Shown: positions 9,843 through 21,000, numbered from the stretch's first letter. The stretch is 64,000 bases of DNA from Candidatus Multivoradales bacterium (GCA_965248055.1 CBDFIJ010000004.1:2656001-2720000); one strand, 5' to 3'. A program made the numbers and translations. The notes: a model not told the origin generated them from the sequence alone.

Positions 9843-10694
9843 TTAGCTAGAAAGCGTCCGCCAGGAATCTTCGATTGCTTCTCGCAGTCGTCGTGCCTCA
9901 GCAACCATCGCCACGAGGGCTGCTGATATCGCCGGATCCTGAAGGCTGGCAGATCTTTTTGTTTTGAGGTTGCCTGAGCTACCGGCACGATTGAGGTCAC
10001 CCAAGCCAGCATCCTGATTTCCTGCTTGTAGGCGTCGGATGCGATTTTTCAATGGCTCGACGTCTTCGATCCCACGGAATCGACCCATGCGCGCCGTGTG
10101 AGGGTCCTTCTTCTTTCCACCTGGTCGGGAACCACCGCCGCCCCCGGCGGTTTGCACTTCGAGATCGGCGATGCCGAACAGCCGCTGTAGCGGACCCTGG
10201 TGAGTCCGTAGGTTCTGGATCTTGGCGATGGTCAAGGTTTGTTCCCGGGTGCGAAACAGTCCTTCACGGATGCGGATGGCTTTGTCGGTAACGACATACC
10301 AGCGCATCTCCCAGGCTAGGCGCAGTAGCAGTCCGCTGACCACCAACTGAACCAGGAAGCCAAATACCGCTAGGACCTCGACCCAGTTTGCCAGATTACC
10401 GATCTCGATCCCGGTATCGAAGCCGAGCAGGCTAAGTCGGGTAGCGAGAAAGCGGTCGGGAAGTCGGTTGATTCCGCTGAGCCGCATATTAAACACTCGA
10501 TCCACGACTCCCAAGGGAATCAACAAACCGAACAGAGCACCGGCTTGTTTGACTCCCCAATTCAGGGCTGAATACCCAAAGTACTTGGGCGAAGCGCGGA
10601 ACATTGACACCGAGTCCGACGAACCCTCGGGTGGCTCCGGTCGCTCCCTGATGCGGAGAAACTTCAGTAACCTCTGTCGCAGCCGGTTGGTCAT
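9843..10694 (-). CDS. Membrane protein with bacterial PH domain (bPH_2/DUF304)
   Basis: TM helices, then IREGLF...IQNL...QGPLQRLFGIADLEVQTAGG. Confidence 0.8.
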   Translation of the reverse strand: MTNRLRQRLLKFLRIRERPEPPEGSSDSVSMFRASPKYFGYSALNWGVKQAGALFGLLIPLGVVDRVFNMRLSGINRLPDRFLATRLSLLGFDTGIEIGNLANWVEVLAVFGFLVQLVVSGLLLRLAWEMRWYVVTDKAIRIREGLFRTREQTLTIAKIQNLRTHQGPLQRLFGIADLEVQTAGGGGGSRPGGKKKDPHTARMGRFRGIEDVEPLKNRIRRLQAGNQDAGLGDLNRAGSSGNLKTKRSASLQDPAISAALVAMVAEARRLREAIEDSWRTLSS

Positions 10695-11215
10695 CAGGAC
10701 GGGCCGATCTTGGCCGCCAACAGGGTCCGGATCGCTGCCAATTCGCGCGTCACTTGACTCAAAGCATCCACCAAGACCTGACCTCCATCTGATGCCGGAG
10801 AGGTACCTTCGTCCATGCCAGTCGTCTCCCCGTGCATCCTTTGATAGAGAAAATCGCGCACTAGTTCGTATTCCTGAATCCCCTCCAGCGTCATTTCTGG
10901 CTTGGCAGATCCACTTGCAGTTTGCAGCTCTACTTTCGCCAAACCGAACCGACGCTCCACCACATTGCTCGACAGATGAATGTCCTGCAGACGCGGGTAA
11001 TTCAGCCGCACCTCACGTCGGAATAACGCTCCCCAACCCATGGTCACGCCTTCTTCGTCGAATGAGTAGTGCAGCGTCCGATACTTAAAGTACAGGGGTA
11101 GCAGAATGACAAAGAAGAAGGGCCCAGCGATTAACGACAGTAGACCGTAGTACTTCAGCAGGTTGGGATGAGGTCGACGGATCGATTCAATTGCCGAAAA
11201 TTCCGGGGCATTCAT
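10694..11215 (-). CDS. Bacterial PH domain protein (bPH_2)
   Basis: TM, then RLQDIHL...VERRFGLAKVELQTASGS; coupled to the next gene. Confidence 0.8.
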   Translation of the reverse strand: MNAPEFSAIESIRRPHPNLLKYYGLLSLIAGPFFFVILLPLYFKYRTLHYSFDEEGVTMGWGALFRREVRLNYPRLQDIHLSSNVVERRFGLAKVELQTASGSAKPEMTLEGIQEYELVRDFLYQRMHGETTGMDEGTSPASDGGQVLVDALSQVTRELAAIRTLLAAKIGPS

Positions 11216-11276
11216 TGTGAAGTCATCATAGCGGGAACGCGATGCAGTATTACGTCACCAGGGGATTTGGGGGAAT

Positions 11277-12842
11277 CTAGCCTGCAAGTTCAACCATCAT
11301 TGCCGTGTACATACGTAAATTAAGTAGGAATTGATCGTGGGTCATCAGTTCGTGTTCAGTGTGGCCGGTGTACGTAGAGTCGGGCATTGCGGGCCCAAAA
11401 CTCACACCGTTTGGCAATAGACGGGCATTGGTTCCACCGCCGATTGCGATCGGTTCGGCGTCACGAACTCCGCTGTAGTGCCGAAAAACATCGAGCAAGA
11501 CGGGCACATGAGGTGCTTCTTCCAGTAAGTATGGCTCCTCTACTCGGGTGCGGAGAGTCAACGTCGAGATACCGGTCTCAGCCTTCCAAGTTTCGACCGC
11601 GAGCTCGATCTTCGCTTCGATTTCCTCAACCGTATGTCCTACTGGTCGGCGAAAGCTGATTGCGGCTTCGTAGCCGAGTTCGGTCGGAGTCAGTTTTGCC
11701 AAGGTTAGAGTTAATGGCCCCATGAAGGCGTGGGAATGAGCCAGGTCCCCGAAGTGGGAGCCAAAGTCACCGGTTCCGACTAGGTCGTTGACCATTCGTA
11801 CCATCCGCGCGGCGCCAGTATCGGGCCACGCGACGCTTCCCAAGGTGGCCGCTAGATGGGTGATTGCATTTCGTCCGTTCGACGGTTCCATAGAGTGCGC
11901 TGACTTTCCCCGCGCTTTGATAGAGAGTTGATCGCCACTGTTGGTCACGGTGTAGGTAACGTCGGTGTCCAACTCAATTGCTGTTCTCAGTTGCCGCTCG
12001 ACCTCGATAGTTGGACCCTGAATCACCGCCTCTGCGTCCTCTGGGACCTGGGACAGAAAGGCGCCGCCGGTCAACGAGTGAAGGTAAGGTATGTTTGTGG
12101 TTTCTGAGGGTCCACCAAGGGTCAGATGGATCTCTCCCCAGCCCTTCTCGGCGACCACCACGGGATAGTTCGCGTCAAGGGAAAGGTTTAGACTCGGTTC
12201 ATCGTATTGTTCGAGAAAAGAGCGAAACGGATCCCAGTCGGATTCTTCGGTATACGACACGATCAGTTCTATCCGCCGCTTCCGCGGTAGCCCGCGATCT
12301 TTGAGCGACTTCATTGCATAGAGCGCCAGCGCCAGGGGCCCTTTGTCGTCTTCCGCGCCACGTGCGATGAGGTTTCCGGGTTCAGAGAGTGTGTCAAGTG
12401 AAAAAGGATCCTGGTGCCACTTTGTCGGATCGGCCGGTTGCACATCGGCGTGTGTAACGATGCCAAGTCGATCACTCGAATCGCCGAGGCCGACTATCAC
12501 GACTGAACCGAAGTCGGTGAAATCCAGCCCCAGCTCAGCGGTTTTTGCTTCCAGGTACCTGGTGAAATTCTTAAACTCGGGGTTGTCGACGTTTTCGAGT
12601 CCGTCCTGCTTGACAGTCCGAAAGGTCACGAGGTCTTGGAGGGTGGCAAGTGATGCATCAGCGTAGGTCGCGACGGCGTAGTTGGCAATGGCAACACTTC
12701 GTTCTGAGGGCACTGTTTCGGTTTTGTTTCGGCAACTAGCTATCAGCAAAAAAAACACAAAAATCGCAAACAACAGTTGATAGCCCGCGTTCCATGCGGG
12801 GAACCAAGTCCATTGCTGGGGTGTCTTTCGCTGGTCGACCAT
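11277..12842 (-). CDS. M20 family dipeptidase (PepV/Sapep-like), possibly a lipoprotein
   Basis: HADV, RGAEDDKGP, TEES, AEKG, GKSAH, IGGGT, GH; LIASC lipobox-like. Start uncertain. Confidence 0.85.
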   Translation of the reverse strand: MVDQRKTPQQWTWFPAWNAGYQLLFAIFVFFLLIASCRNKTETVPSERSVAIANYAVATYADASLATLQDLVTFRTVKQDGLENVDNPEFKNFTRYLEAKTAELGLDFTDFGSVVIVGLGDSSDRLGIVTHADVQPADPTKWHQDPFSLDTLSEPGNLIARGAEDDKGPLALALYAMKSLKDRGLPRKRRIELIVSYTEESDWDPFRSFLEQYDEPSLNLSLDANYPVVVAEKGWGEIHLTLGGPSETTNIPYLHSLTGGAFLSQVPEDAEAVIQGPTIEVERQLRTAIELDTDVTYTVTNSGDQLSIKARGKSAHSMEPSNGRNAITHLAATLGSVAWPDTGAARMVRMVNDLVGTGDFGSHFGDLAHSHAFMGPLTLTLAKLTPTELGYEAAISFRRPVGHTVEEIEAKIELAVETWKAETGISTLTLRTRVEEPYLLEEAPHVPVLLDVFRHYSGVRDAEPIAIGGGTNARLLPNGVSFGPAMPDSTYTGHTEHELMTHDQFLLNLRMYTAMMVELAG

Positions 12843-12849
12843 CAACTGT

Positions 12850-14382
12850 CTAGTTCGAACAGGTTGGTTTACATGGGGCATCTTGAGTCGGTTCCTTTCT
12901 TCCTTGTTGCTTCCAGAGGTACATGGCTGCGTAGGCTCGCCAAGGTCGCCAAGCTTCGGCTCTTCGCCTTAGATCTTTTGAAGTGACCTTGTCCTTGGGG
13001 ATAGTGGCGTCTTTTGAGTCGGCGGCAATGGACCGCAGCAGCCATAAGTCAGAAGCGGGAAAAGCGTTCGGTTCGCCGAGCGCACGCATAGCTATGTATT
13101 CCGCCGTCCAGTCGCCAATCCCAGGCAGAGCGGTTAGCGTAGCGACGAAAGTTTTTCGATCAGTTGTCGGATCGAAAGACATTCGACCATCGCGCACCGC
13201 GCAGGACAACCCCCGGATGGTACGCGCACGGGTCGCGGGCAGCCCACAATTAGCTAGATCGGCATCCGCTAGCACTCTGGCGGTGGGGAAAACTTTGGTC
13301 AGGCCATTCGGGTCACCTGCTGGGATTGACTGGCCATAGTGACGAACCAAGCGGCCAGCTAGCGTGGCTCCTCCACGCACTGTTACCTGTTGACCAAGTA
13401 CCGCCCGCACAGCGAGTTCAAACCCGTCCCAAGCGCCGGGTACCCTCATACCGGGATCAAACGCGACCAATGGGGCCAGTGTTGGATCGCGGCTCAGGTG
13501 GCGTGAGATCTGCTCGGGGTCGGCGCGAAGATCGAAAATATTCCGCACTCGTTCGACCGTCGGCATCAAAGCCTTGGGATCGGGGAAGTCAACTTTCAGT
13601 GTTAGGCATTGGCGGCCCAATGTTGGTGTAACACTGATCGTTCCCACCGATGAGTTAAGTGCGATAGTCCGTCGGTATAAGCTCGTTTGGCTGTACTCGA
13701 TTTCAGGTATTGCGCGATGAGAGAGGTATTCAAGGATTGACTGCCACTCAAAAGGGGGTCGATAGGAGAGTTCGAGGCGAAACAACTGCGGATGAGTCGA
13801 ACCGTGTTTCTGTCTAGCAGTTCGCCGCAATTCGGTCGGTGACCGCTGGTAGGTTTCACGAAACGTTGCGTTGAAACGTCGAATGCTGCCGAAGCCAGCA
13901 GTAAACGCTATTTCTGCCATCGGCAAACTCGTCTCGTCTATGAGTTTCTTGGCGAAGTGCAAACGGCGAGTTTGTGCCACCTTCGACGGTGATGCGCCCA
14001 AGTGTTTGCGAAAGAGTCGACGTAAGTGCCCTGTGCTGATGTCGAGACTGCTAGCCAGTTCGCTCATGCCACCGGTCTCAAACGTGCCACTGTCGATCAG
14101 GCGTAGAGCACGTGAAACGGTGGCCGAGGTACCGAGCCAGGCCGGTGTTCCGGGTGACGATTCAGGTCTGCATCGCAGACATGGCCGAAATCCGGCGACT
14201 GCGGCCCCGGCAGCAGAAGCAAAGAAATGCATATTTTTCTTATGTGCCGGTGGGACCGGACAAACAGGCCGACAATAGATTCCCGTTGTCTTGACACCGG
14301 CGAAAAATCGGCCATCGAAACGCGGATCTCGGGAAATCATCGCGCGGTAACAGACGGTTGGATCGAGGTCGGGACTTGGCAT
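12850..14382 (-). CDS. alkA: Ada-AlkA fusion (Ada Zn domain, AraC HTH, DNA-3-methyladenine glycosylase II)
   Basis: TTGIYCRPVC, GFRPCLRCRP, AraC HTH, LPGIGDWTA HhH, WRPWRAYA. Confidence 0.92.
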   Translation of the reverse strand: MPSPDLDPTVCYRAMISRDPRFDGRFFAGVKTTGIYCRPVCPVPPAHKKNMHFFASAAGAAVAGFRPCLRCRPESSPGTPAWLGTSATVSRALRLIDSGTFETGGMSELASSLDISTGHLRRLFRKHLGASPSKVAQTRRLHFAKKLIDETSLPMAEIAFTAGFGSIRRFNATFRETYQRSPTELRRTARQKHGSTHPQLFRLELSYRPPFEWQSILEYLSHRAIPEIEYSQTSLYRRTIALNSSVGTISVTPTLGRQCLTLKVDFPDPKALMPTVERVRNIFDLRADPEQISRHLSRDPTLAPLVAFDPGMRVPGAWDGFELAVRAVLGQQVTVRGGATLAGRLVRHYGQSIPAGDPNGLTKVFPTARVLADADLANCGLPATRARTIRGLSCAVRDGRMSFDPTTDRKTFVATLTALPGIGDWTAEYIAMRALGEPNAFPASDLWLLRSIAADSKDATIPKDKVTSKDLRRRAEAWRPWRAYAAMYLWKQQGRKEPTQDAPCKPTCSN

Positions 14383-14664
14383 GATTTGCGGTTTCGAGCT
14401 TGGGTTGTGCAGTGTATGCAACCTCGGATGTTCGAGTCTGGCCGTTTTCGGACCTCAATGAAAAATGAATACGGGCCGTGTGCTAATCTCGCATTTGATT
14501 ATTGGAGAGAGAAAGCAGCAATTGCGATGACTCAGGGTGTTGTTCGCAACCGATCCATCGCATCGTCTTTTTGTTCCGAGAGCCTTTGGTCTTTTTCCCA
14601 GTTTGCAGTTCGGAACCTGGACGCTTTTGCTACCGTGTCCTCTCGATGTTGGTCGCGGTCGTTT

Positions 14665-17037
14665 TTACTCGTCGATCCAGTCTGGGTTTACTTGACCGGA
14701 GTCGCGCAGCATGGCGGCGGTCTTAACCAGATCACGGAACTCAGCCACCTTTGGATCTCGGGTTTCGCGGGCTAGTTCTCGGGCACCCGCGGCGACTCGT
14801 TTAAGGTCACCGTCTTTGGCCCAAAAGCTTCCTTTCAAGATCTCTCCGAACTCGGCGACCAAGGCGGCCAATCTGAGGGATGGAGCGCTCGATCTGAGTC
14901 GCGCGTCAAACTCGTTGAAATGAACCGGCTGCTTCTGTTCGATCACCCGGCCACGCTCTTTGGAGTGATAGCGCACCCGTAGGGTAGCGACCTCAGTGTT
15001 TCGCGGTGTGTCCTCATGGAGCTTGATCTCGTAGAGGGCTGTGATGTGGTGACCAGCACCGATCTCGCCAGCATCGACTTTGTCGTTGCGAAAGTCTCGG
15101 TCTGCGACATCTCGGTTTTCGTAGCCGATCAAGCGGTAGCGACTGACTACCTGAGGATCGAATTCCACCTGAATCTTGGCCTCGGAGGCGATGGTTTGCA
15201 GGGTGCCGGTGAGTTGCTCGACAAACAGCCGACGCGCTTCAGAGATGTCGTCGACGTAGGAATACCGACCATCGCCCTTGTCGGCGAGTTGCTCCATCAG
15301 CACATCGTTGTAGTTGCCCATACCAAATCCGACGGTGGTGAGTTCGACACCAGCATCAGCTTCACGCCCAATGCGATTCAGGATTGAGTCTGGACCAGTG
15401 CGACCGACATTGGCCACACCGTCGGAGCACAGGATGACGCGGTTGATCGCGCCCTCACGGTAGTACTCTCGAGCTAGGTCGTAGGCGAGAACCAGCCCCT
15501 CTTCGGCGTTGGTCGATCCGTTGGCTACTAAGCGGTTGATCGCTCGTTCAATGCGTTGGTGGTTGGAGGTAGGCTGCAGAAGAACCTGGCCGCGATTACC
15601 ATAGACCACCAGGCCGACACGATCACTAGGAGTGAGTTCGCCGAGCAGCAAGCGCAACGACTCCTTGACTAAGCCGAGTCGGTTTTCACGATCCATCGAT
15701 CCGGAAACGTCGACCACGAAGATCAAAGTCGCCGGATCACGATCCTCGGCGTGGATTTCTCGACCTTGGATGCCGAAGCGGAGCAGATACTGGCGCTCAC
15801 CGCTGGCAAAGGGTGATGGGGCTCCTTCAGCGCTCAGGGCGAAATCACCATGTCGCGGGGCTTGGTCGTTGTAGTTGAAGTAGTTCAAGAATTCCTCAAC
15901 CCGAATCGCGTCCTGGGGCGGCAGATGGCCGCGGTCCAGGTAGCTACGAGCTACGGTGTAGGAACCGGTATCCACGTCCATGGCGAAAGTCGACTGATGA
16001 TCGTCCTCGGTGTCGATGAACGGGTTGGTGCCGTACGAGTCGAAGAACATGTCGTCGTAGGGCCGGTCATTGGGTTCGGCGGTGCCGCCGACGGATGAAT
16101 GGGATTTCTTTGGTAGCAGGATCATGTCGGCCCTTGGAGGCTCTTGCCGACTTGACCGGCCGTGAGTGCCAGATTGGAGTGCTTCGAGCTCTTCTCGAAG
16201 GCGCCGCTCTTCACGCTGAAGAACCGTCAGGATCGTACTTCTATCCGTCCCTGGTTCATTGTCGACTAAGTAGTTTATCGACGTTGGTTCATGGCGGTGT
16301 CTTACAGGTTCCTGAGGGTCCAAGTTGTTGCTTTCCAGCACCGAAAACGCCTGATTCTCCAGGGTTGGGTCGCCAGAGATCTGAGCAGGTGAGGAAAACG
16401 TTTCTACTTGAAGCTGAGCTGAAGGAGAGTTGGCGCCTGTTACCGAAGCAGGTCCGGAGGAAGAAGATTCCGTAGGGAGCTCCAGTTCCTGCCTTTCCAA
16501 TAAGTGCTCTCTCATTGATTGGGCGCGTGTATCAAACGTGCTGTCGCCAAATCTGTCAGCGACTCGACCTTCGGTGGGAGGGGTGGGGTTTACGTCCGCC
16601 TTTAGGTCGTCGGTTTGTTCACCCTCTAGGTCCTCTCGATCGCGAGTTACCGCACCTGAGATTTCGACGGACTTCGCTTCTTGGGTGTCGCCTGAAACAT
16701 CCATTGGGTTGTTTCGATTGGTTTGTTCACGTGTAGCGGTAGTACCGGGAGAAACACGGTCTGCATCTGAGAGGGAGGGAGTAATCCGCCAATGGTTCGT
16801 TTCTCCAAGGCGATACGCAAGAAAGCCCCCGAAAGCCACGGTCGCCAAAGTAGCAGCCAGCAACCAAGTTTGCGGTCGCGGCCCCTTGCCTCGCGGCGGC
16901 TCATTGCTCACTTCAAGGTCGGATGGGATCTCACTCTTAAGGTCTTCCAGCAGGTGCATCGGAGGCGTCGGCGTTGGGGTACTGCTGAGCAGTCCTTCGA
17001 CGTCTTCAGGGGTAATTCTTTCTTTTGGGGTATTCAT
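14665..17037 (-). CDS. Membrane-anchored YfbK-like vWA protein (vWF_A, VWA, DUF3520) with anti-sigma-like N-terminus
   Basis: MIDAS DVSGSM, STFAMDVDTGSY, SDGVANVG, YRLIGYENR, DAGEIGAGH; ATG 17037 overlaps the sigma stop (ATGA); one TM near the N-terminus. Confidence 0.85.
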   Translation of the reverse strand: MNTPKERITPEDVEGLLSSTPTPTPPMHLLEDLKSEIPSDLEVSNEPPRGKGPRPQTWLLAATLATVAFGGFLAYRLGETNHWRITPSLSDADRVSPGTTATREQTNRNNPMDVSGDTQEAKSVEISGAVTRDREDLEGEQTDDLKADVNPTPPTEGRVADRFGDSTFDTRAQSMREHLLERQELELPTESSSSGPASVTGANSPSAQLQVETFSSPAQISGDPTLENQAFSVLESNNLDPQEPVRHRHEPTSINYLVDNEPGTDRSTILTVLQREERRLREELEALQSGTHGRSSRQEPPRADMILLPKKSHSSVGGTAEPNDRPYDDMFFDSYGTNPFIDTEDDHQSTFAMDVDTGSYTVARSYLDRGHLPPQDAIRVEEFLNYFNYNDQAPRHGDFALSAEGAPSPFASGERQYLLRFGIQGREIHAEDRDPATLIFVVDVSGSMDRENRLGLVKESLRLLLGELTPSDRVGLVVYGNRGQVLLQPTSNHQRIERAINRLVANGSTNAEEGLVLAYDLAREYYREGAINRVILCSDGVANVGRTGPDSILNRIGREADAGVELTTVGFGMGNYNDVLMEQLADKGDGRYSYVDDISEARRLFVEQLTGTLQTIASEAKIQVEFDPQVVSRYRLIGYENRDVADRDFRNDKVDAGEIGAGHHITALYEIKLHEDTPRNTEVATLRVRYHSKERGRVIEQKQPVHFNEFDARLRSSAPSLRLAALVAEFGEILKGSFWAKDGDLKRVAAGARELARETRDPKVAEFRDLVKTAAMLRDSGQVNPDWIDE

Positions 17038-17642
17038 GAGTAGCTCTCCTCTTGGCTGGAGGATGGTTGGTTGAGAATTGCGGCGATCTGTTGATGAGCG
17101 CGTTTCAAGCGCTTGCGTACGGCGACTTCTGAAATCCTTTGTATCGATGCGATCTCGCGCACCGGCGTTTCGTGCCAATAGCGCGCTGTGATCGCGAACT
17201 GCAGGTCGTCAGGAAGTTGTGCCACCGCTCGCCGCAACTGGATCGACGTTTCTTCGACTTCGAGTCTTTCGCCAGCCGGAGGAGCGTGATCGGGCAACCG
17301 GTCAGGTTCTTCGAGAGAGGTGATCCTCTTGGGTCGCCGAATGTGGCTCAGGAACGTGGTGTGGGCGATGCGATAGAGCCAACTGGAAAAAGCACAGTCG
17401 CCGCGGAAGCGACTCAAGGAAGCCCAAGCCTTGCGGTAGGTCTCCTGGGTTAGATCCGCGGCCAGATCCTGATCGCCGTTGCACAAGCGAAAAAGGGCGC
17501 CGTAAATTCGACAGTAGGTGACCTCTACCAGTTGTTCAGCCGCACTGCGATCTCCGTCTACGAGGGCTTGCCAGAGAGTGGACTCGTCTGGGAGATCGGT
17601 TGGGATGGCGGGTTTCATCAGGGTTAAAGTTTGCGCCGTCAT
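17034..17642 (-). CDS. ECF RNA polymerase sigma factor
   Basis: AADLTQETYRKAW, FSSWLYRIA, region 4 HTH. Confidence 0.92.
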   Translation of the reverse strand: MTAQTLTLMKPAIPTDLPDESTLWQALVDGDRSAAEQLVEVTYCRIYGALFRLCNGDQDLAADLTQETYRKAWASLSRFRGDCAFSSWLYRIAHTTFLSHIRRPKRITSLEEPDRLPDHAPPAGERLEVEETSIQLRRAVAQLPDDLQFAITARYWHETPVREIASIQRISEVAVRKRLKRAHQQIAAILNQPSSSQEESYS

Positions 17643-18037
17643 ATTCCTTTAGACGCAGTGAGATGCCAAAACATAACCGAGAGGGGCCTGCTTCGCTGAA
17701 AGTCCCCGGCTGTGCCCCCCCTCGGGATGACCCCGGCTCCCAACCCGCGCCCCCGTCCCCGCCGGGGCAGGCTCGCAGGCTGTGTGTCCTCTTGTTGGGG
17801 GGAACCCCGCACCTGCCGGTCCCGGAGGCGTCTTTGCAAGCGCTTGGCACGATGTGGGGAGGCCATCTACATTCCGGCGCGATGCGAAGCCGAGGCGCAT
17901 GCCACCCTTCAGAGTCCGAAAAGCATGCGCCGTCCTCCCGGGTGGCAGGTGCAAAGAAAACTGAGGTGAGCGCCGTCCTACAGAGTCCGAGATGCGCTCA
18001 CTGTCTTCAGGACGGCGGGTGCAAAAGAATCCCGCCG

Positions 18038-21000
18038 CTACCTGACGACGCGTCCCGGGGTCCACGGCACCCCGGCAGCCTTCAGCTTGGCCTCAAGCGC
18101 GGGTAGCTCTTCGGTCTGGATCTTGGCCAGTGCCGATTCCACTGTACTCAACTCTTTTTCGACAATGGCGGCTGTCTCTTGCAGTGCTGGGGTTGGCCCG
18201 TAGGTGGAGTAGGTCACACCGTAGACCAAGAAGGTGACCCGATCGTTGATCGAGGTGATGTCGAACTCGTTGAGTTGCACGCGCCGCTGGTCATTTTCGA
18301 GGTTCTTCTTGTGATCCTGGAGCTGGTTCCAGATTGCGCGGGTGGTCGACAGCAGGTCCAGATCGACGCTCGCTGAGCGCAGGTTCAAGGTGTCGCGGAT
18401 CTTCTCGATCCGGGCGATGAGTTCGGCGGTTGCTGAGCGAGCTCCCTCGACGCGGCCGTTGAGTTGGCCAACCTGTCGCTGAAAAGCCACCACTTGATCG
18501 GGCGTCGCCGAACTCAAGCTGTTGCTGCGCAACGGGACGACGTTGAAGCTCTGCGACTGGCCGAGGTCGGTGATTGCGCCGTTGGCGCGGATACCGAGGT
18601 ACACCGTGTATTGCCCCGGAGCAGCCAGAAAACCGCTGTGCGGATTCTGATTGGCATCCTCAAGCGTTGCCAGATCGGGGAGCGGTGTAGTTGCAGGCTC
18701 GCGCAGATCCCAGGCGACACGGTGGATCCCTGCAGCCGCGGGGCCGTCGACGACCCGCACCACGGATCCGCTTGCGTTGCGTACGGTGAGCACTACCACC
18801 GGCTCGGTGTCGCGATTCTCTGAGTCGATAGCCTCCCACCCTGGGAACGACATATCGTCGCCGGCTTCCATTTCTTTTTCCGCTTCCAGCCGCGTGTCCT
18901 TGGCGGACTTGTAGCCGTCCTTGAGGTGGTAGGTAAACACCGCTCCGAATGGGGGGTTGGGAGCAATAAAGAAGCTATCTCCTTGCGAGGCTTTGGGGTT
19001 GCCGAAGTCGAGGGTGTTCTTAGGCAGATACCAATCGGCATCAGCGACTGGGAACAGCGTCGCCTCTTGCTCCACGGATTCGGCACTCAAAGCGCGCAGA
19101 GGAGAGTAGTCATCGAGGATGTAGAAGCCGCGTCCGAAGGTTGCACCCACAAGATCGTTCTCACGTCTTTGGATGACTAGATCGCGAAACGGGATGGTTG
19201 GTGCCCCCCCGGTCAGCTTGAGCCAGTACCCGCCACCGTCGACGCTGGTGAAGACACCGAATTCGGTGCCAACAAACAGCAACTGGGGATTGACGTGATC
19301 CTGGACCAGTCGCCAGATCACGTGCCGCTCGGGCAGATTACTGACGATGCTGCGCCAACTGATACCGCGATCGGTGGACTTGTAGACGTAGGGCGAGAAA
19401 TCACCCCCCTTGTGGTCGTCAAACACCGCGTACACGCTATCGACATCGTGCAGGTCTGCCTTGATGTCATTGACAAAGGCCGTCTTGGGCAAGCCCGGCA
19501 GGGAGCCGGCCTCCACTTTGCGCCAGTTGGCCCCGCCATCCTCAGTGACTTGGATCAAGCCGTCATCGGTGCCCGCATAGAGCAAATTTTCATCGTGCGG
19601 GGATTCCCCTAGCGAGGTGATGGTGTTGTACATCGACATCGCGTAGAGATCCCAAACCGCGTCAAAGCTGCGCGTGCGTCCACCAATCGGAAGCTCCAAG
19701 CGATTTTGATTGCGGGTGAGATCGTCAGAAACGGCGGTCCAACTGTCGCCATGGTTGTCGCTACGCCACACCCGTTGGCTGGCGTAGTAGAGGCGCGCCG
19801 GGTCATGGGCTGAGATGAGAATCGGGGAATCCCAGTTGTGGCGCTCCAGCGGGGCGCCCTTGGCTGGCTGCGGTTTGATGTAGGTGACTTCGCCAGTGGG
19901 TCGGTCGATGCGGGTCAGGTTTCCCTCTTGCCACTCGGAGTAGATGATGTCGGGGTTGGTCGGATCGATGGCTGGCTGATGACCATCGGCAAACAAGGTG
20001 ATCGACCAATCAGAGTTGCGGATGCCGTGAATATTGTCGGTCGCTGAAGGGCCGTACTGGGTGTTGTTGTCCTGGGTGCCACCGACCACATGGTAGAAGG
20101 GTTCATCGTAGTCCACCGCCACCTTGTAGAACTGGGTCAGCGGCAGGTTGGAGACAAACCTCCAGGTCTTGCCCAGATCCCAGGTCTCATAGAGGCCGCC
20201 GTCACAGCCAGCCAGCAGGTAGTTGGGGTCGTCAGGATCAAAGGCCAAGGCATGATTGTCGACGTGCTTGGAGTCGGTACCAATGTTGCCAAACGAAGTC
20301 CCACCATCTTCGGTCACCAGCAACTTGTAGTCGGAATAGTAGACGCGGTCGAATTTGTGAGGACTGGCCCAAATTTCTTGGTAGTAGTGAGGCCCCGTGC
20401 CACCAGCGATCTGGGTGCCCATTTCGGTCCAAGTCTCGCCGAAATCGGTTGAACGCACGAAGCTGCCCTTGCGATGGGCTAACTCAATGGTGGCGTAGAC
20501 CACATCTGGGTCTTGCGGGGAAACGGTCAGGCCGATGCGGCCCATGTCGGTCTCTGGCAAGCCTTGGGTCACTTCGCGCCAGGTAGCGCCCCCGTCGGTG
20601 GACTTGTGAATGCCCGATTCCGGTCCACCGTTGACCAGCGCCGCCACCGTGCGGTGGTGCTCGTGGGTGGTCGCCAGCAGGATGTCTGGGTTGCTTGGGC
20701 TCATCACCACATCATTGACCCCTGTGTACTGGCCACCGGTTGAGTCGCCTCCGCCGAGCACCTTGTCCCAGTTAACCCCGCTATCAGTGGACTTGAACAA
20801 CCCGCGGTTGCCTCCGGGTGACCACAACGGTCCCTGCGAGGCAACAAAGATGGTGTTCGGATCGTCCGGATGAATGATGATGCGGCCGATATGTTGTGAA
20901 TCTTTGAGCCCAAGGTTCTCCCAGGTCTTGCCACCGTCGCGGCTGCGGTAGACCCCGTCTCCGTAACCGACATGCCGTCCGTTGACGTTTTCGCCGGAAC

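Noticed and set aside
17536-18106. Several overlapping ORFs of 60-168 aa
   Set aside because: Pro/Gly/Arg-rich products of GC-rich DNA with no motifs.
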